DNA from: Acidobacteriaceae bacterium
GTDB taxonomy: Bacteria; Acidobacteriota; Terriglobia; Terriglobales; Acidobacteriaceae
Length of the DNA: 64,000 nucleotides
NCBI GenBank assembly: GCA_025352065.1
Contig: JANXUC010000011.1
Span: forward strand, 517-64,516
Direction of reading: 5' to 3'
Numbering within the stretch: position 1 is the first letter of the stretch; every line of letters begins with the position of its first letter. This document shows, one piece after another, positions 30,464-39,222 of the stretch. A program made the translations under genes and the position numbers. The notes beneath the pieces were generated by a model. The model was not told where the DNA came from and searched no databases. It saw only the letters and a program-made list of their open reading frames with translations.

Positions 30464-33400
30464 TCATTCCCTGCAGCCGCTCGTGGTCACGACTGAGTGT
30501 GCCAACATCGGCGGATCCTTACTGGTCGCCTTCCCATTCAACGGCGCAATATCTTGCTCGTTGAGCTGCCTCCAGTTCAGCAGATTCTTGTCGAGCTCGT
30601 CGCAAAGTTGCTGTACTGCAGATTGGACGGTCTGCACCGGGCGCACATCTGCGTTCTCCACGCTGAAAAGCAAACGGCCTAGATCACGGTTGACCGGGCC
30701 AAATCCAGGCGCAATTTTCGTGCCTTTTTCTAGGGCAGCGATCCTTACGTCGAGTTGTTCGATTGTCTTTTTTGCTTCGGAGTCGCTGTCCAGAAGAGTC
30801 TTTTGGTATTCGGTCAACGCTTTGCGCAATGCGGTTACTTGCTCGTAGGATTCATAGCTCGACTTCATGCCGCGCACGATCCCTAGGGCTAGATCGCGTT
30901 GTCGCAGCAAATCTTCCTTGGAGGCATGAACGCGAGGATCGAGTTCCACGGTGAGAGGTTGGCGTAGAGTCTTGCCACGGGTACGCAGTTCGACTGTGTA
31001 TTTGCCCGGGACAACCCTAGGCCCTCGCAGCATCTGCCGGGGAGTCTGGCCGGGAACGGCATGGTCGGCCAGCGTGTATTCGGTGTAGTCGAGTAGTTCG
31101 CCATAATAGCTGTAGGGAAGCGATGCAGGCGCGGGATATCTCATTTCCCAAATGAAACGATTCACGCCTGGCAGCTTGGACAACGCGGTGGCCGGTGCAA
31201 ACCAGTAACTCGGTACGTTGGCCGCTGGAATATTGCCTGGTTGTGGGTTGCTGGAAAAACCAGCCATCTCTTTTCCGTTTTCGTCATAGATCGCCAGTGT
31301 CAAATCATCGTCGGTCGCCGCCTTTAGGAAGTAATCGATAATGGCGCCATCGGGTGGATTCTGACCTGCCGGAGTCTCGATGGGATAAGGAGTGTCCTGA
31401 TAGTTTTCCCAGCGCACGAGCATACCCGTCGCAGGAGTGAAGAGGTGTACATCCGGGAGTCCCGTCTTCATGTCGCGCAGTGCGCTTACGTTGTCCAGTA
31501 TCCACAAGCCGCGGCCAAAGGTAGAGATGGCTAAGTCGTTCCCGCGTACTTCCAAATCAGTAACGGGAGTCGCCGGGAGGTTGAGCGAAAGTGATTGCCA
31601 GTGGTCTCCATCGTCCCACGAGATGGAAACTCCGGTATCCGTTCCTGCGTAGAGCAGACCTTTTCGCTTCGGGTCTTCGCGCACAACCCGAACCATCTCA
31701 CCTGCCGGAAATCCGTTCACGATCTTTGCCCAAGTGTGACCGTAATCGTGCGTTCGTGCGACATAGGCTGCGGTCGATTCCCGCGAAGCGCCAACCGTGA
31801 GATAGGCTGTTGCTGGGTCGTGGTGCGAGGCTTCGACATAAAAAATTTCAGTCGGCGCACTTAATCCAGAGGGCGAAACATTCTGCCAAGTCGCCCCAGA
31901 ATCGCGAGTCAGTTGGACAAGACGGTTGCCGGTGCCAGCCCAGATTTGACCCGCCTGCAACGGTGATGGTGCAAGTGACGTAATACCGGGAGGACGTGGC
32001 GTGTCGGGATCTTCTTTTCCTTCTGGTTCGTCTTTCTCGACGAATTCAGTAAGGTCAGGGCTGATCTCCTGCCAACTCGCTCCAGCGTCAGTCGTCTTCA
32101 TTACAAATTGCGTTCCCAGATAAAGTGTTGACGAATCCTGCGGCGAAAAGACTAGCGGAGCCATTTGTGAAACGCGATATTTCTGTCCGCGTTCGAAGAC
32201 AGTCGCAACCTGGCCCGTGGTCTTATCCAATCGAATTACGGAACCGTACCATCCGCCGCTGTAGATCAGCTTCGGATTCACTGGGTCGGGAGTGATAAAA
32301 GCGTATTCAAAGCCACCGATCGAGTACCAGTCCTGAGCCAGAATCTCACCATAATCGCTGCGGCTGGCCACAGCGGCAGTTCCGCTATCCTGCTGCGCAC
32401 CATAGACGCGGTACGGAAATGCTTTGTCGGTGGAGACGTGGTAGAACTGGCCCGTCGGCTGGTTGTACCAGGAGCTCCAGGTCTTTCCGCCATTGACGGT
32501 AATGATTGCGCCTTGGTCCACGCCAAAGATCATGTGCGAAGAATCTTGAGGATCAATCCACGCGAGATGGAAATCGTCGCCACTCGGGGCACCTGCAAAT
32601 GGCTCGAAGGTCTTCCCGCCGTCGACCGAACGGTACATTGACGTCTGCGCCACATAGAGCACATCCGGGTGATTTGGATCGGTGAAGACTCGGCTGAAGT
32701 ATTCACTTCCGATCACGCGAGGATCCTTCGTCGATTTCTGCCAGTTCGCGCCGCCATCGTCGGAGCGATAGAAGCCTTGATCCATAATCGCGTACAACCG
32801 GCGTCCACCTGTTCCAGCCGCGACACTTATGCCCAACCGTTTGCGTGCTTTTTCCGGTAAGCCTTTACTTTGGAGAGGCGTCCAGGTTGATCCTCCGTCA
32901 CTGGACCGGATGATTTCAGAAGTAGCTTCGGTTTTGCTTTCTCCCGATCCCAATGCCGAGTGATACACAACAGCGTAGAGCGTGCGCGGATCGGTGAGGT
33001 CAGCGCACATATCGACTATGCCCAAGCTGTTTTGATCTCCGTATACTTTGTGCCAGCTCTTTCCCCCGTCGGTCGTCTTGAAGATTCCACGAGTGGCTGT
33101 GTCAGCCCAGCTTGGAAGCGGACGCCACAGTATGCCGAAGCCAAGAGAATTTCCAGCCGCGATCACGATATCGGGATCGTGCGGGTCGACAACGATCGCT
33201 TGAATGAACAGCAGGTCTTTCAACCCAACGCTTTTCCATGTCGCGCCAGCGTCGGACGACCTGTACAAGCCCCGGCCCCTCGTCTGTTCGCCGGTTCCGA
33301 TGTAGACCACACGCGGATCGGATGGCGCGACAGCCAAAGCTCCGACGGATGGAACTTTTTCTTTGTCGAAAATCGGCTGCCAGACTTGCCCGCCGTCTGA

Positions 33401-33640
33401 TGTCTTCCACGCCCCGCCGCCCGGGGTTCCGAAATAAAATGTACTGGGATCGCCCGGCACTCCTGCTACAGCCGTCACCCTACCGGCGCGAAACGGTCCA
33501 ATCAGCCGCCACTGGAGGCCAGGGAACTGCGCTGTACTGGTTTCCTCTCCAAGAAAAGTGGCGGGGGAAACAGCAACAAGCAAAATCGCCGTAACCAAAA
33601 ATTCGAGAAGCGATCGGTGGCTGTATAAAGTTCGCGGCAT
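30464..33640 (-). CDS. Secreted BNR/Asp-box repeat protein (sortilin/VPS10-like double propeller)
   Basis: The ATG at 33640 has a GGGAGA RBS and gives a signal peptide. Many Asp-box motifs are present (SDGGQVW, SDAGATW, TDGGKSW, SDGGSTW, DDGGANW, VDGGKTF, NGGKTW, TDAGASW, DSGATW). The track ORF starts at 33688. Confidence 0.88.
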   Translation of the reverse strand: MPRTLYSHRSLLEFLVTAILLVAVSPATFLGEETSTAQFPGLQWRLIGPFRAGRVTAVAGVPGDPSTFYFGTPGGGAWKTSDGGQVWQPIFDKEKVPSVGALAVAPSDPRVVYIGTGEQTRGRGLYRSSDAGATWKSVGLKDLLFIQAIVVDPHDPDIVIAAGNSLGFGILWRPLPSWADTATRGIFKTTDGGKSWHKVYGDQNSLGIVDMCADLTDPRTLYAVVYHSALGSGESKTEATSEIIRSSDGGSTWTPLQSKGLPEKARKRLGISVAAGTGGRRLYAIMDQGFYRSDDGGANWQKSTKDPRVIGSEYFSRVFTDPNHPDVLYVAQTSMYRSVDGGKTFEPFAGAPSGDDFHLAWIDPQDSSHMIFGVDQGAIITVNGGKTWSSWYNQPTGQFYHVSTDKAFPYRVYGAQQDSGTAAVASRSDYGEILAQDWYSIGGFEYAFITPDPVNPKLIYSGGWYGSVIRLDKTTGQVATVFERGQKYRVSQMAPLVFSPQDSSTLYLGTQFVMKTTDAGASWQEISPDLTEFVEKDEPEGKEDPDTPRPPGITSLAPSPLQAGQIWAGTGNRLVQLTRDSGATWQNVSPSGLSAPTEIFYVEASHHDPATAYLTVGASRESTAAYVARTHDYGHTWAKIVNGFPAGEMVRVVREDPKRKGLLYAGTDTGVSISWDDGDHWQSLSLNLPATPVTDLEVRGNDLAISTFGRGLWILDNVSALRDMKTGLPDVHLFTPATGMLVRWENYQDTPYPIETPAGQNPPDGAIIDYFLKAATDDDLTLAIYDENGKEMAGFSSNPQPGNIPAANVPSYWFAPATALSKLPGVNRFIWEMRYPAPASLPYSYYGELLDYTEYTLADHAVPGQTPRQMLRGPRVVPGKYTVELRTRGKTLRQPLTVELDPRVHASKEDLLRQRDLALGIVRGMKSSYESYEQVTALRKALTEYQKTLLDSDSEAKKTIEQLDVRIAALEKGTKIAPGFGPVNRDLGRLLFSVENADVRPVQTVQSAVQQLCDELDKNLLNWRQLNEQDIAPLNGKATSKDPPMLAHSVVTTSGCRE

Positions 33641-33880
33641 CAAAATCTCCCAATTGACCTTGTGTCTAGGCAAACGATCACAATACACGATAAAGGGATC
33701 ATCGTGATGGACGAGCAGATGGGATGACGTCCGATTGTGTCGTCGTAGACCGGCTTGACGCGACGCCGCGGGGTCCAGAAATCTATTGGAAGAAAGTACT
33801 TTATAATGTAAAGTTTAAGAATGACCTCATCCAATCGGACGTTCCTCAAGCCTTCCCGGCGCCGCTGGTGTCCGCCGCAC

Positions 33881-34464
33881 ATGTCGCAGCCGCCTTATCT
33901 CAACCCTGCGACCAAAGCGGGGCCTGTCAAGAAACAGTCTGCGTTGCTCGTTAATCCGTTCTATCCCAAAGATCCCAATGCGAGTTTTGGCAAGCACGTG
34001 CCGATTGGGTTGAAGAAAACCGTTTGGAGTGTTCCACGTTCCATATTCTTACGCCCTATCCGGCGACGCCGTTGTTTCGACAAATGGAAGCCGAGGGTCG
34101 CCTGCTGCATCGAGACTGGTCTTTGTACGACACAGGGCATGCGGTATTCCGCCCTAAGAACATGTCACCAGAAGAGCTGGAGCAAGGCTATGCCTGGATT
34201 TACCGACGACTCTTTTCCCATGCCTCAATCTGGAAGCGACGTCCCGAAGATTGGCGCGCGGTCGCGCCGTATATAGCGATGTCATATCTCTATAAGCGCT
34301 CGAATCGATTTTGGCGGTTCTTGATCAAGCATCACGTGGTGCAGGCCACGTGGAGGCCGCTGGTTGAGTTGACGCGGTTACGCCACCTGAGTTTCCGCGA
34401 GAAATTAGACGTGTCTGAAGCTCTGCGGCGGTCGATGGGGAATGTGGTCAGCGCGGGGGGGTAA
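33881..34464 (+). pseudogene. B12-binding radical SAM protein with internal deletion (N-terminal stub fused out of frame to the C-terminal DUF4070-like tail)
   Basis: The N-terminal piece MSQPP..KKQSALLVNPFYPKDPNASFGKHV switches frame near 34000-34024 into ..ECSTFHILTPYPATPLFRQMEAEGRLLHRDWSLYDTGHAVFRP... The B12-binding and CxxxCxxC core is absent. Confidence 0.6.
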
Positions 34465-34611
34465 TTTTGGAATCCCTCACCCAAGACGAAGCAGATACGT
34501 GTAAGGCTACCAGTTAATTAGGTATTTACATTTCGTTCATTGTGCCGCTGGACAGGGTTCCTCTCTGAGAATAGGAAGAACAGGAATGCTCGCCACGACA
34601 CGAGCTAGAAA

Positions 34612-34638
34612 CGCCCGCACCGGAAGCCGATGCGGGCG
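34612..34638 (-). terminator. Hairpin terminator downstream of the 34669-35256 gene
   Basis: CGCCCGCA-(11 nt)-TGCGGGCG, followed on the minus strand by TTTCT. Confidence 0.5.
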
Positions 34639-34668
34639 GCAGTTTGTGGGGAACGCCAACAGCCGTGA

Positions 34669-35256
34669 CTAAGCGGCTGTTCTATGCGGTACCGGTGTCG
34701 GTACTCGTGGTTTTACGCGAGTTCCGCAGTATTCTTCATATAGCCTATTGCTGGCGTTTTTGACGATGGTCTCGCCTAGTTGTTTCAGCGCGACGCTCGT
34801 CCTTTCATGCGTGGTCAGCGACGCTAACTCGCGAATCGTGGTCGCCAGGATAACGTCGTTCAACGCAGGCGTGACTTGATCTAACAGAGTCAAGCGATCC
34901 GTTTCAAAAAGGTGAAACCTCGGATCAGGCCTGGGGTTGGGCGGCGTAGGCCCTCCATGCGGTCCGTGGAGAGGGTTAAACCAAGGCGGGCAGATTCCAT
35001 CGCCCTCTTCCCAACCTGCGACCAAGCCTTTCGATGACTCGGCGACTAACTCTCGTCCGATGCCCTGAATCTGCGCCGCCAGCGTGCCGTCGCTCAGTTC
35101 CTGACCGATGTCGCGCAGAATTTCAGCCACGATGTAGTTCGCAGTGGCGGTGCGATAAATCGGTCCTGGCTGCCCAGGATTTCCGTCGACTGTGTCGGGA
35201 TCCAATACTCCTCGCAAGAAGCTGGTCTTTGCCAAAATCAGAGTGGTTCCAATCAT
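34669..35256 (-). CDS. Hypothetical protein (195 aa)
   Basis: The ATG at 35256 is preceded by AGAGGAGAAAC. The centre is Pro/Gly-rich (GPHGGPTPPNPRPDP) and no family is recognised. The track ORF starts at 35304. Confidence 0.6.
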   Translation of the reverse strand: MIGTTLILAKTSFLRGVLDPDTVDGNPGQPGPIYRTATANYIVAEILRDIGQELSDGTLAAQIQGIGRELVAESSKGLVAGWEEGDGICPPWFNPLHGPHGGPTPPNPRPDPRFHLFETDRLTLLDQVTPALNDVILATTIRELASLTTHERTSVALKQLGETIVKNASNRLYEEYCGTRVKPRVPTPVPHRTAA

Positions 35257-35563
35257 TGTTTCTCCTCTATTTACAGCCAAAGTTGGTTGTGAGGTGCGTG
35301 CCAAAGCCCCGACCTAAGGCAGCGGAATCGTTGACACGATCCGGTACCCAATTCGGGCCGCATATTCTCAACTGTTTTCGTAACAACTGTGGTGTAGCCC
35401 CAGGAAAACTACGAAGTGCAACATCGCCTCAGGGGGTGTTCGGATCCGAGTGGGAAAGGCTCCTCAGAGAGGCAGTTTGAATTCTATCCGGCAGGGAGCG
35501 GAAGTCAATATCCACGAAAGTAGGTAGGTGCGATCGAGGGGGCGGGTGCCCCCAGAAGGTTGC

Positions 35564-36550
35564 TTATACCATTTCCGTGCCCCACAAATCGTGGAGGTGC
35601 ACGATTCCCAAAAGCCGTCGTCCCGTATCGACCACCGCCAGCGACGTAATCTTCTTCTCTTCCATAATCGCCAGAGCCGTCGCGGCAAACTCCTGCGGCC
35701 CTATTATCTTCGGGTCTCGCGTCATGCACTCGCCCGCAGTCATGTCAAGAGCATCTTTGCCGCGAAGCTCCAGTAGCCGTCTGAGGTCGCCATCGCTGAA
35801 AATCCCGGCCAGCTTGCCGCCTTCGACCACCGCAGCCAGTCCCAATTTCTTGCGCGACATTTCGTAAATTACATCCGGCATTCTAGTTCCCGCTGCGACA
35901 CAGGGTAGGGCATCGCCTGAGTGCATTAGAGCTTCTACTCGTGCCAACTTCTTGCCCAGCTTGCCGCCAGGGTGCAGATCGGCAAAATCTTCTTCTTTAA
36001 AGCCGCGTTTTTCCGAAATCGTTACGGCCAGCGCATCTCCCAGCGCAAGCATTGTCGTAGTCGATGCCGTTGGCGCCAGCCCAAGCGAGCAAGCTTCTTT
36101 CGCCACCGAGCAATCCAGCGCAACCTCGGCAGCGGAAGCCAGGGTCGAAACCTTGGCAGCACCGTTGCAAAGCGAATCGCCCGTCATCGTAATGATGGGA
36201 ACTCGTAGTCGCTTGATGGTGGCCAGCAAGCGCAGGATCTCCTCTGTCTCGCCGCTATAGGAAAGAGCAATCACCACGTCGCCCGCGACCACCATCCCCA
36301 AATCACCGTGCACGGCTTCTACGGGATGCATAAACAAGGACGGTGTCCCCGTCGAACTCAAGGTGGCCGCGATCTTGCGCGCAACGATGCCACTTTTGCC
36401 CATGCCGGTAACCACAACTCGCCCGCGACAGGTGAAAAGCAGCTCCACAGCCTGCGCAAACGCATCCGCCATCGGTCCAGCGATCCGGTCGGCAAGCTGC
36501 CGTAGAGCCTCGGCCTCAATGCGAACAACGTTTTCTCCAGTAGGATTCAT
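35564..36550 (-). CDS. kdsD: Arabinose-5-phosphate isomerase (KpsF/GutQ family: SIS + two CBS domains)
   Basis: SIS motifs are GRVVVTGMGKSG and ALSYSGETEE. The C-terminal tandem CBS domains end in ..VVDTGRRLLGIVHLHDL. Confidence 0.9.
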   Translation of the reverse strand: MNPTGENVVRIEAEALRQLADRIAGPMADAFAQAVELLFTCRGRVVVTGMGKSGIVARKIAATLSSTGTPSLFMHPVEAVHGDLGMVVAGDVVIALSYSGETEEILRLLATIKRLRVPIITMTGDSLCNGAAKVSTLASAAEVALDCSVAKEACSLGLAPTASTTTMLALGDALAVTISEKRGFKEEDFADLHPGGKLGKKLARVEALMHSGDALPCVAAGTRMPDVIYEMSRKKLGLAAVVEGGKLAGIFSDGDLRRLLELRGKDALDMTAGECMTRDPKIIGPQEFAATALAIMEEKKITSLAVVDTGRRLLGIVHLHDLWGTEMV

Positions 36551-36782
36551 AAGGTCAGGCTATCGGCTGTCGGTTCTAGGCTATCAGCTAAAACAAATCT
36601 TACAACTGCTGCCTTCCGTGATTGGCTGTCAGCCTTCGGCAAGAACAAATTGCAACCTCATTGGGCCCAACTGTATCCGATAGACAGGCGAAAGAACAGT
36701 CGAAGTTGAGAAAAACCGCTGATCGCGACTTTGGCTGAAAACTGAGAGCCGAAAGCCAACAGCCAATTGGGAGGAATCATAA

Positions 36783-37193
36783 ATGACAGAAAACACAGCC
36801 GAAAGAGTGAAGAAATCCGAAGAAGAGTGGCGTAAGCAGCTCACGCCGGAGCAGTTCCACGTTACGCGGGAGTGCGGCACCGAGCCTGCCTTTACCGGCA
36901 AGTACTGGAATAACAAAGAGACCGGAATGTACCACTGCATCGGCTGTGGCGCGCCGCTGTTCAAGTCCGACGCCAAGTTCGAATCCGGCACCGGGTGGCC
37001 CAGCTTTTACACGCCCGTCAGCCCAACCAGTGTGGTGGAGCATTCCGACCGCGCCTATGGCATGACGCGCACTGAAGTCCGCTGTGGCAGCTGCGACGCG
37101 CATCTCGGTCACGTTTTCCCGGATGGCCCAACGCCCACCGGGCAGCGTTATTGTATGAATTCGGCGTCGCTGGATTTCAAAAAGCAGGGATAA
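36783..37193 (+). CDS. msrB: Peptide-methionine (R)-S-oxide reductase MsrB
   Basis: Zn-binding CxxC pairs ([21 protein letters not shown]) and the catalytic C-terminal region (RYCMNSASL). The RBS is GGGAGGA. Confidence 0.93.
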   Translation: MTENTAERVKKSEEEWRKQLTPEQFHVTRECGTEPAFTGKYWNNKETGMYHCIGCGAPLFKSDAKFESGTGWPSFYTPVSPTSVVEHSDRAYGMTRTEVRCGSCDAHLGHVFPDGPTPTGQRYCMNSASLDFKKQG

Positions 37194-37198
37194 GATCG

Positions 37199-37223
37199 TG
37201 TGGCGCGGACACTCTTGTCCGCG
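37199..37223. repeat. REP-like palindrome, family 1 (GCGCGGACA-CTCT-TGTCCGCGC)
   Basis: A 25-nt string TGTGGCGCGGACACTCTTGTCCGCG, identical to 63968-63992. A half copy CACTCTTGTCCGC is at 38034-38046. Confidence 0.8.
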
Positions 37224-37241
37224 CAATGCTGAAGGCAATAA

Positions 37242-37280
37242 GAAGCCCCGCAGATTGTGAAATTCTATCTGCGGGGCTTC
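37242..37280. terminator. Bidirectional hairpin terminator between convergent msrB and the bactofilin gene
   Basis: A 14-bp perfect stem GAAGCCCCGCAGAT / ATCTGCGGGGCTTC with an 11-nt loop and T-containing tails on both strands. Confidence 0.7.
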
Positions 37281-37305
37281 CTAGTTTCCTGTAAGAGAAT
37301 TTGGT

Positions 37306-37764
37306 TTACGCGTGCGCGGACATGGTCTTGTCAGCCTTCTTTTCGCCGGGCTTCCCGAGGTCGATGCCACCCTTTAGGTAAGCGCCTTCTTCGATCGTGA
37401 GCCGTTGCGCATGAATGTCTCCAGTAACGGAGCCATCGCTGCGGATGTCCACGCGATCGCCGACGATCAGATCGCCTTCAATTTTTCCCATCACAACCAC
37501 TTCGCGGGCGGCAACGCTGGCGACGATCACGCCATTGCGGCCAACCGTGACGCGGCTTTCCGGCATGTTAATGGTGCCTTCAATGCGGCCGTCGACGTAC
37601 AACGTCTCGGCGCCAGATACTTCTCCTTTTATAACGATGGAGCGGCCAATGGTCGCCTGCTCCGGCGTGGTGGTGGTGAAACCCTTTGCTGGGCCGAACG
37701 GTCCGGGCGCCGGTGCGGGCGCGTTGCGGTCGGCGGAGGAAGACTTATCAGTAGGCTGCAGCAT
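37306..37764 (-). CDS. Bactofilin (polymer-forming cytoskeletal protein, DUF583)
   Basis: The repetitive beta-helix pattern reads IKGEVSGAETLYVDGRIEGTI..VVMGKIEGDLIVGDRVDIRSDGSVTGDIHAQRLTIEEGAYLKG. The ATG at 37764 has a GAGG RBS. The track ORF starts at a TTG at 37836. Confidence 0.85.
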   Translation of the reverse strand: MLQPTDKSSSADRNAPAPAPGPFGPAKGFTTTTPEQATIGRSIVIKGEVSGAETLYVDGRIEGTINMPESRVTVGRNGVIVASVAAREVVVMGKIEGDLIVGDRVDIRSDGSVTGDIHAQRLTIEEGAYLKGGIDLGKPGEKKADKTMSAHA

Positions 37765-37953
37765 GATGTTGGCCTCAAATTCTGGACTGGGATTTTTCCT
37801 GTAAGCGCGGCAGACAGCAAGGCGTCGCCGCACCAAAGGTCAATGCCACTATGGCAGAGAATTTTAGAGAAGGGCAGATTACGAAAGATTAGGCGGGTTT
37901 CGCCCCATTCTGTTCCTGTGAATAGCAAAGAGGACAGAGGAAAGATCATGTAG

Positions 37954-38060
37954 GGCGAGCATTCCTGCTCGCCGCTCTTGATCGTGCGGAAGCGGAGCTT
38001 GCTCCGCTAAGGTTTTGCGATGATGTAGATTGCCACTCTTGTCCGCTGCTCTTGATCTAC
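37954..38060. repeat. Cluster of REP-like palindromes
   Basis: GGCGAGCA-TTCC-TGCTCGCC (37954-37973), GCGGAGC-TTG-CTCCGC (37992-38007), a family-1 half site (38034-38046) and the direct repeat GCTCTTGATC (37974-37983 and 38051-38060). Confidence 0.7.
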
Positions 38061-38408
38061 CTAGACTTTCATCCCCAGCAAAAGCCCTAGCTTCTCTTGC
38101 GTACTTTCCAGAACGGTTCTCGGTACGGATTCCACGAGACGGGCATTCCGCTGTTTCCAGTCCAGACACTTAACCTGATCCGCCAGAATGACTCCTGTGG
38201 TCTTCAGCTTGGCTGGGATCGTGACTTCAAAGGGATAGCCTTTCACCTGGTTCGTGACCGGCACCACGATGGCAAGATGAGTCTTGCCGTTGTAGCTGGC
38301 GGGAGATAAGACAAGCGCGGGACGCCAGCCTGCTTGTTCGTGCCCCGCACCGGGATCAAAGTTCAGCTTGATGATATCCCCGCGTTCGGGCACATAGCTG
38401 GCTACCAT
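38061..38408 (-). CDS. mazF: MazF/PemK-family endoribonuclease toxin
   Basis: A 115-aa protein: ERGDIIKLNFDPGAGHEQAGWRPALVLSP..AIVVPVTNQVKGYPFEV. It overlaps the antitoxin gene by 7 nt. Confidence 0.88.
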   Translation of the reverse strand: MVASYVPERGDIIKLNFDPGAGHEQAGWRPALVLSPASYNGKTHLAIVVPVTNQVKGYPFEVTIPAKLKTTGVILADQVKCLDWKQRNARLVESVPRTVLESTQEKLGLLLGMKV

Positions 38409-38647
38409 ACTTCACGGCCTTCAGGCTTACCCCAATCCACTTCTGTAGGAAGGTTTTTCGGCGTGATGCCCGCCAGCAAATCCTTTAACGTGATTCGCCG
38501 CTTGGCCGGTGCAATCGAGATGGCTCCGTCCTGCGCGATAATCTCCAGTTCGTCGCCTTCCCGGACTTGAGCTTTTTCCAGTACAGCCCGTGGAATCCTT
38601 ACCGCATAGCTGTTACCCCATTTTGCCAGCTGCGCTCTTGCGGTCAT
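38402..38647 (-). CDS. mazE: MazE/AbrB (SpoVT) family antitoxin
   Basis: An 81-aa protein whose N-terminal swapped-hairpin motif is LAKWGNSYAVRIPRAVLE. Confidence 0.85.
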   Translation of the reverse strand: MTARAQLAKWGNSYAVRIPRAVLEKAQVREGDELEIIAQDGAISIAPAKRRITLKDLLAGITPKNLPTEVDWGKPEGREVW

Positions 38648-38684
38648 CTTGCCTCCAGTCTTACGGGGGACTACCTCTTGTTTA

Positions 38685-38707
38685 GTATATACATAAGTAT
38701 ATACATA
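38685..38707. promoter_or_regulatory. Putative mazEF operator/promoter: tandem GTATATACATA repeats
   Basis: Two direct copies (38685-38695 and 38697-38707), each containing the palindrome GTATATAC, lie in an extremely AT-rich stretch 40-60 nt upstream of mazE. Confidence 0.5.
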
Positions 38708-38746
38708 TATATCTACAAGTCAAGAACCTTGGGAATTTGTGAAAGC

Positions 38747-39196
38747 TTATGGCTGTTCGGGAATCACCCACGGCAATCTCGCCAGGAACTCGACAGCGAG
38801 GAGATTTCCGCCGAAGTCTACAACTGGTGCTGGCAATCGTTTGGCGTCTTCTATCCAGTATTCGAAGCCGGAGCCGGAATCGACCATCCGTTTACTAGGA
38901 GCTGCAAGATCTCCCACAAAATAGAACCATCCACCGTAGAGCCTTTGGGAGCCATCGGGACCGAGTTCATAAACTTCCCCCTCTTTGTCTGGGTCGATTC
39001 CAAGTTGATCAAGAAGAAGGCGGAAGTCTTTGGGGTAAAGGGATGTCCGCTGGGCTGCGAAGTTCTTGCAATAAGAGCATCCGCACCGCTCGGCATCTCC
39101 GCTTTCCATTGCTCGGTAGCATGTCTTCGTCTTTTCTAGATCATAGTTGATGATCTGGTCGCCCACCTGAATCTGCTCGGTCATACCATTGGTCAT
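38747..39196 (-). CDS. Hypothetical protein with CGCSYC motif (149 aa)
   Basis: The ATG at 39196 is preceded by AAGGAA and this start avoids overlap with the ABC-F gene. No family is recognised. The track ORF starts at 39256. Confidence 0.6.
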   Translation of the reverse strand: MTNGMTEQIQVGDQIINYDLEKTKTCYRAMESGDAERCGCSYCKNFAAQRTSLYPKDFRLLLDQLGIDPDKEGEVYELGPDGSQRLYGGWFYFVGDLAAPSKRMVDSGSGFEYWIEDAKRLPAPVVDFGGNLLAVEFLARLPWVIPEQP

Positions 39197-39222
39197 GTTT
39201 GAATTCCTTACGCCGTCCTTGG

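Noticed and set aside
35288-35304. A sigma-54-like sequence TTGGCACGCACCTCACA upstream of the 34669-35256 gene (minus strand).
   Set aside because: The -24 half is perfect, but the nearly invariant -12 GC is AC here. This is not strong enough to call without experimental or comparative support.
38567-39139. A 190-aa plus-strand ORF crossing the mazE promoter and the antisense strand of the 38747-39196 gene.
   Set aside because: It reads through the extremely AT-rich operator region (poly-Ile/Tyr translation), has no RBS and opposes better-supported minus-strand genes.
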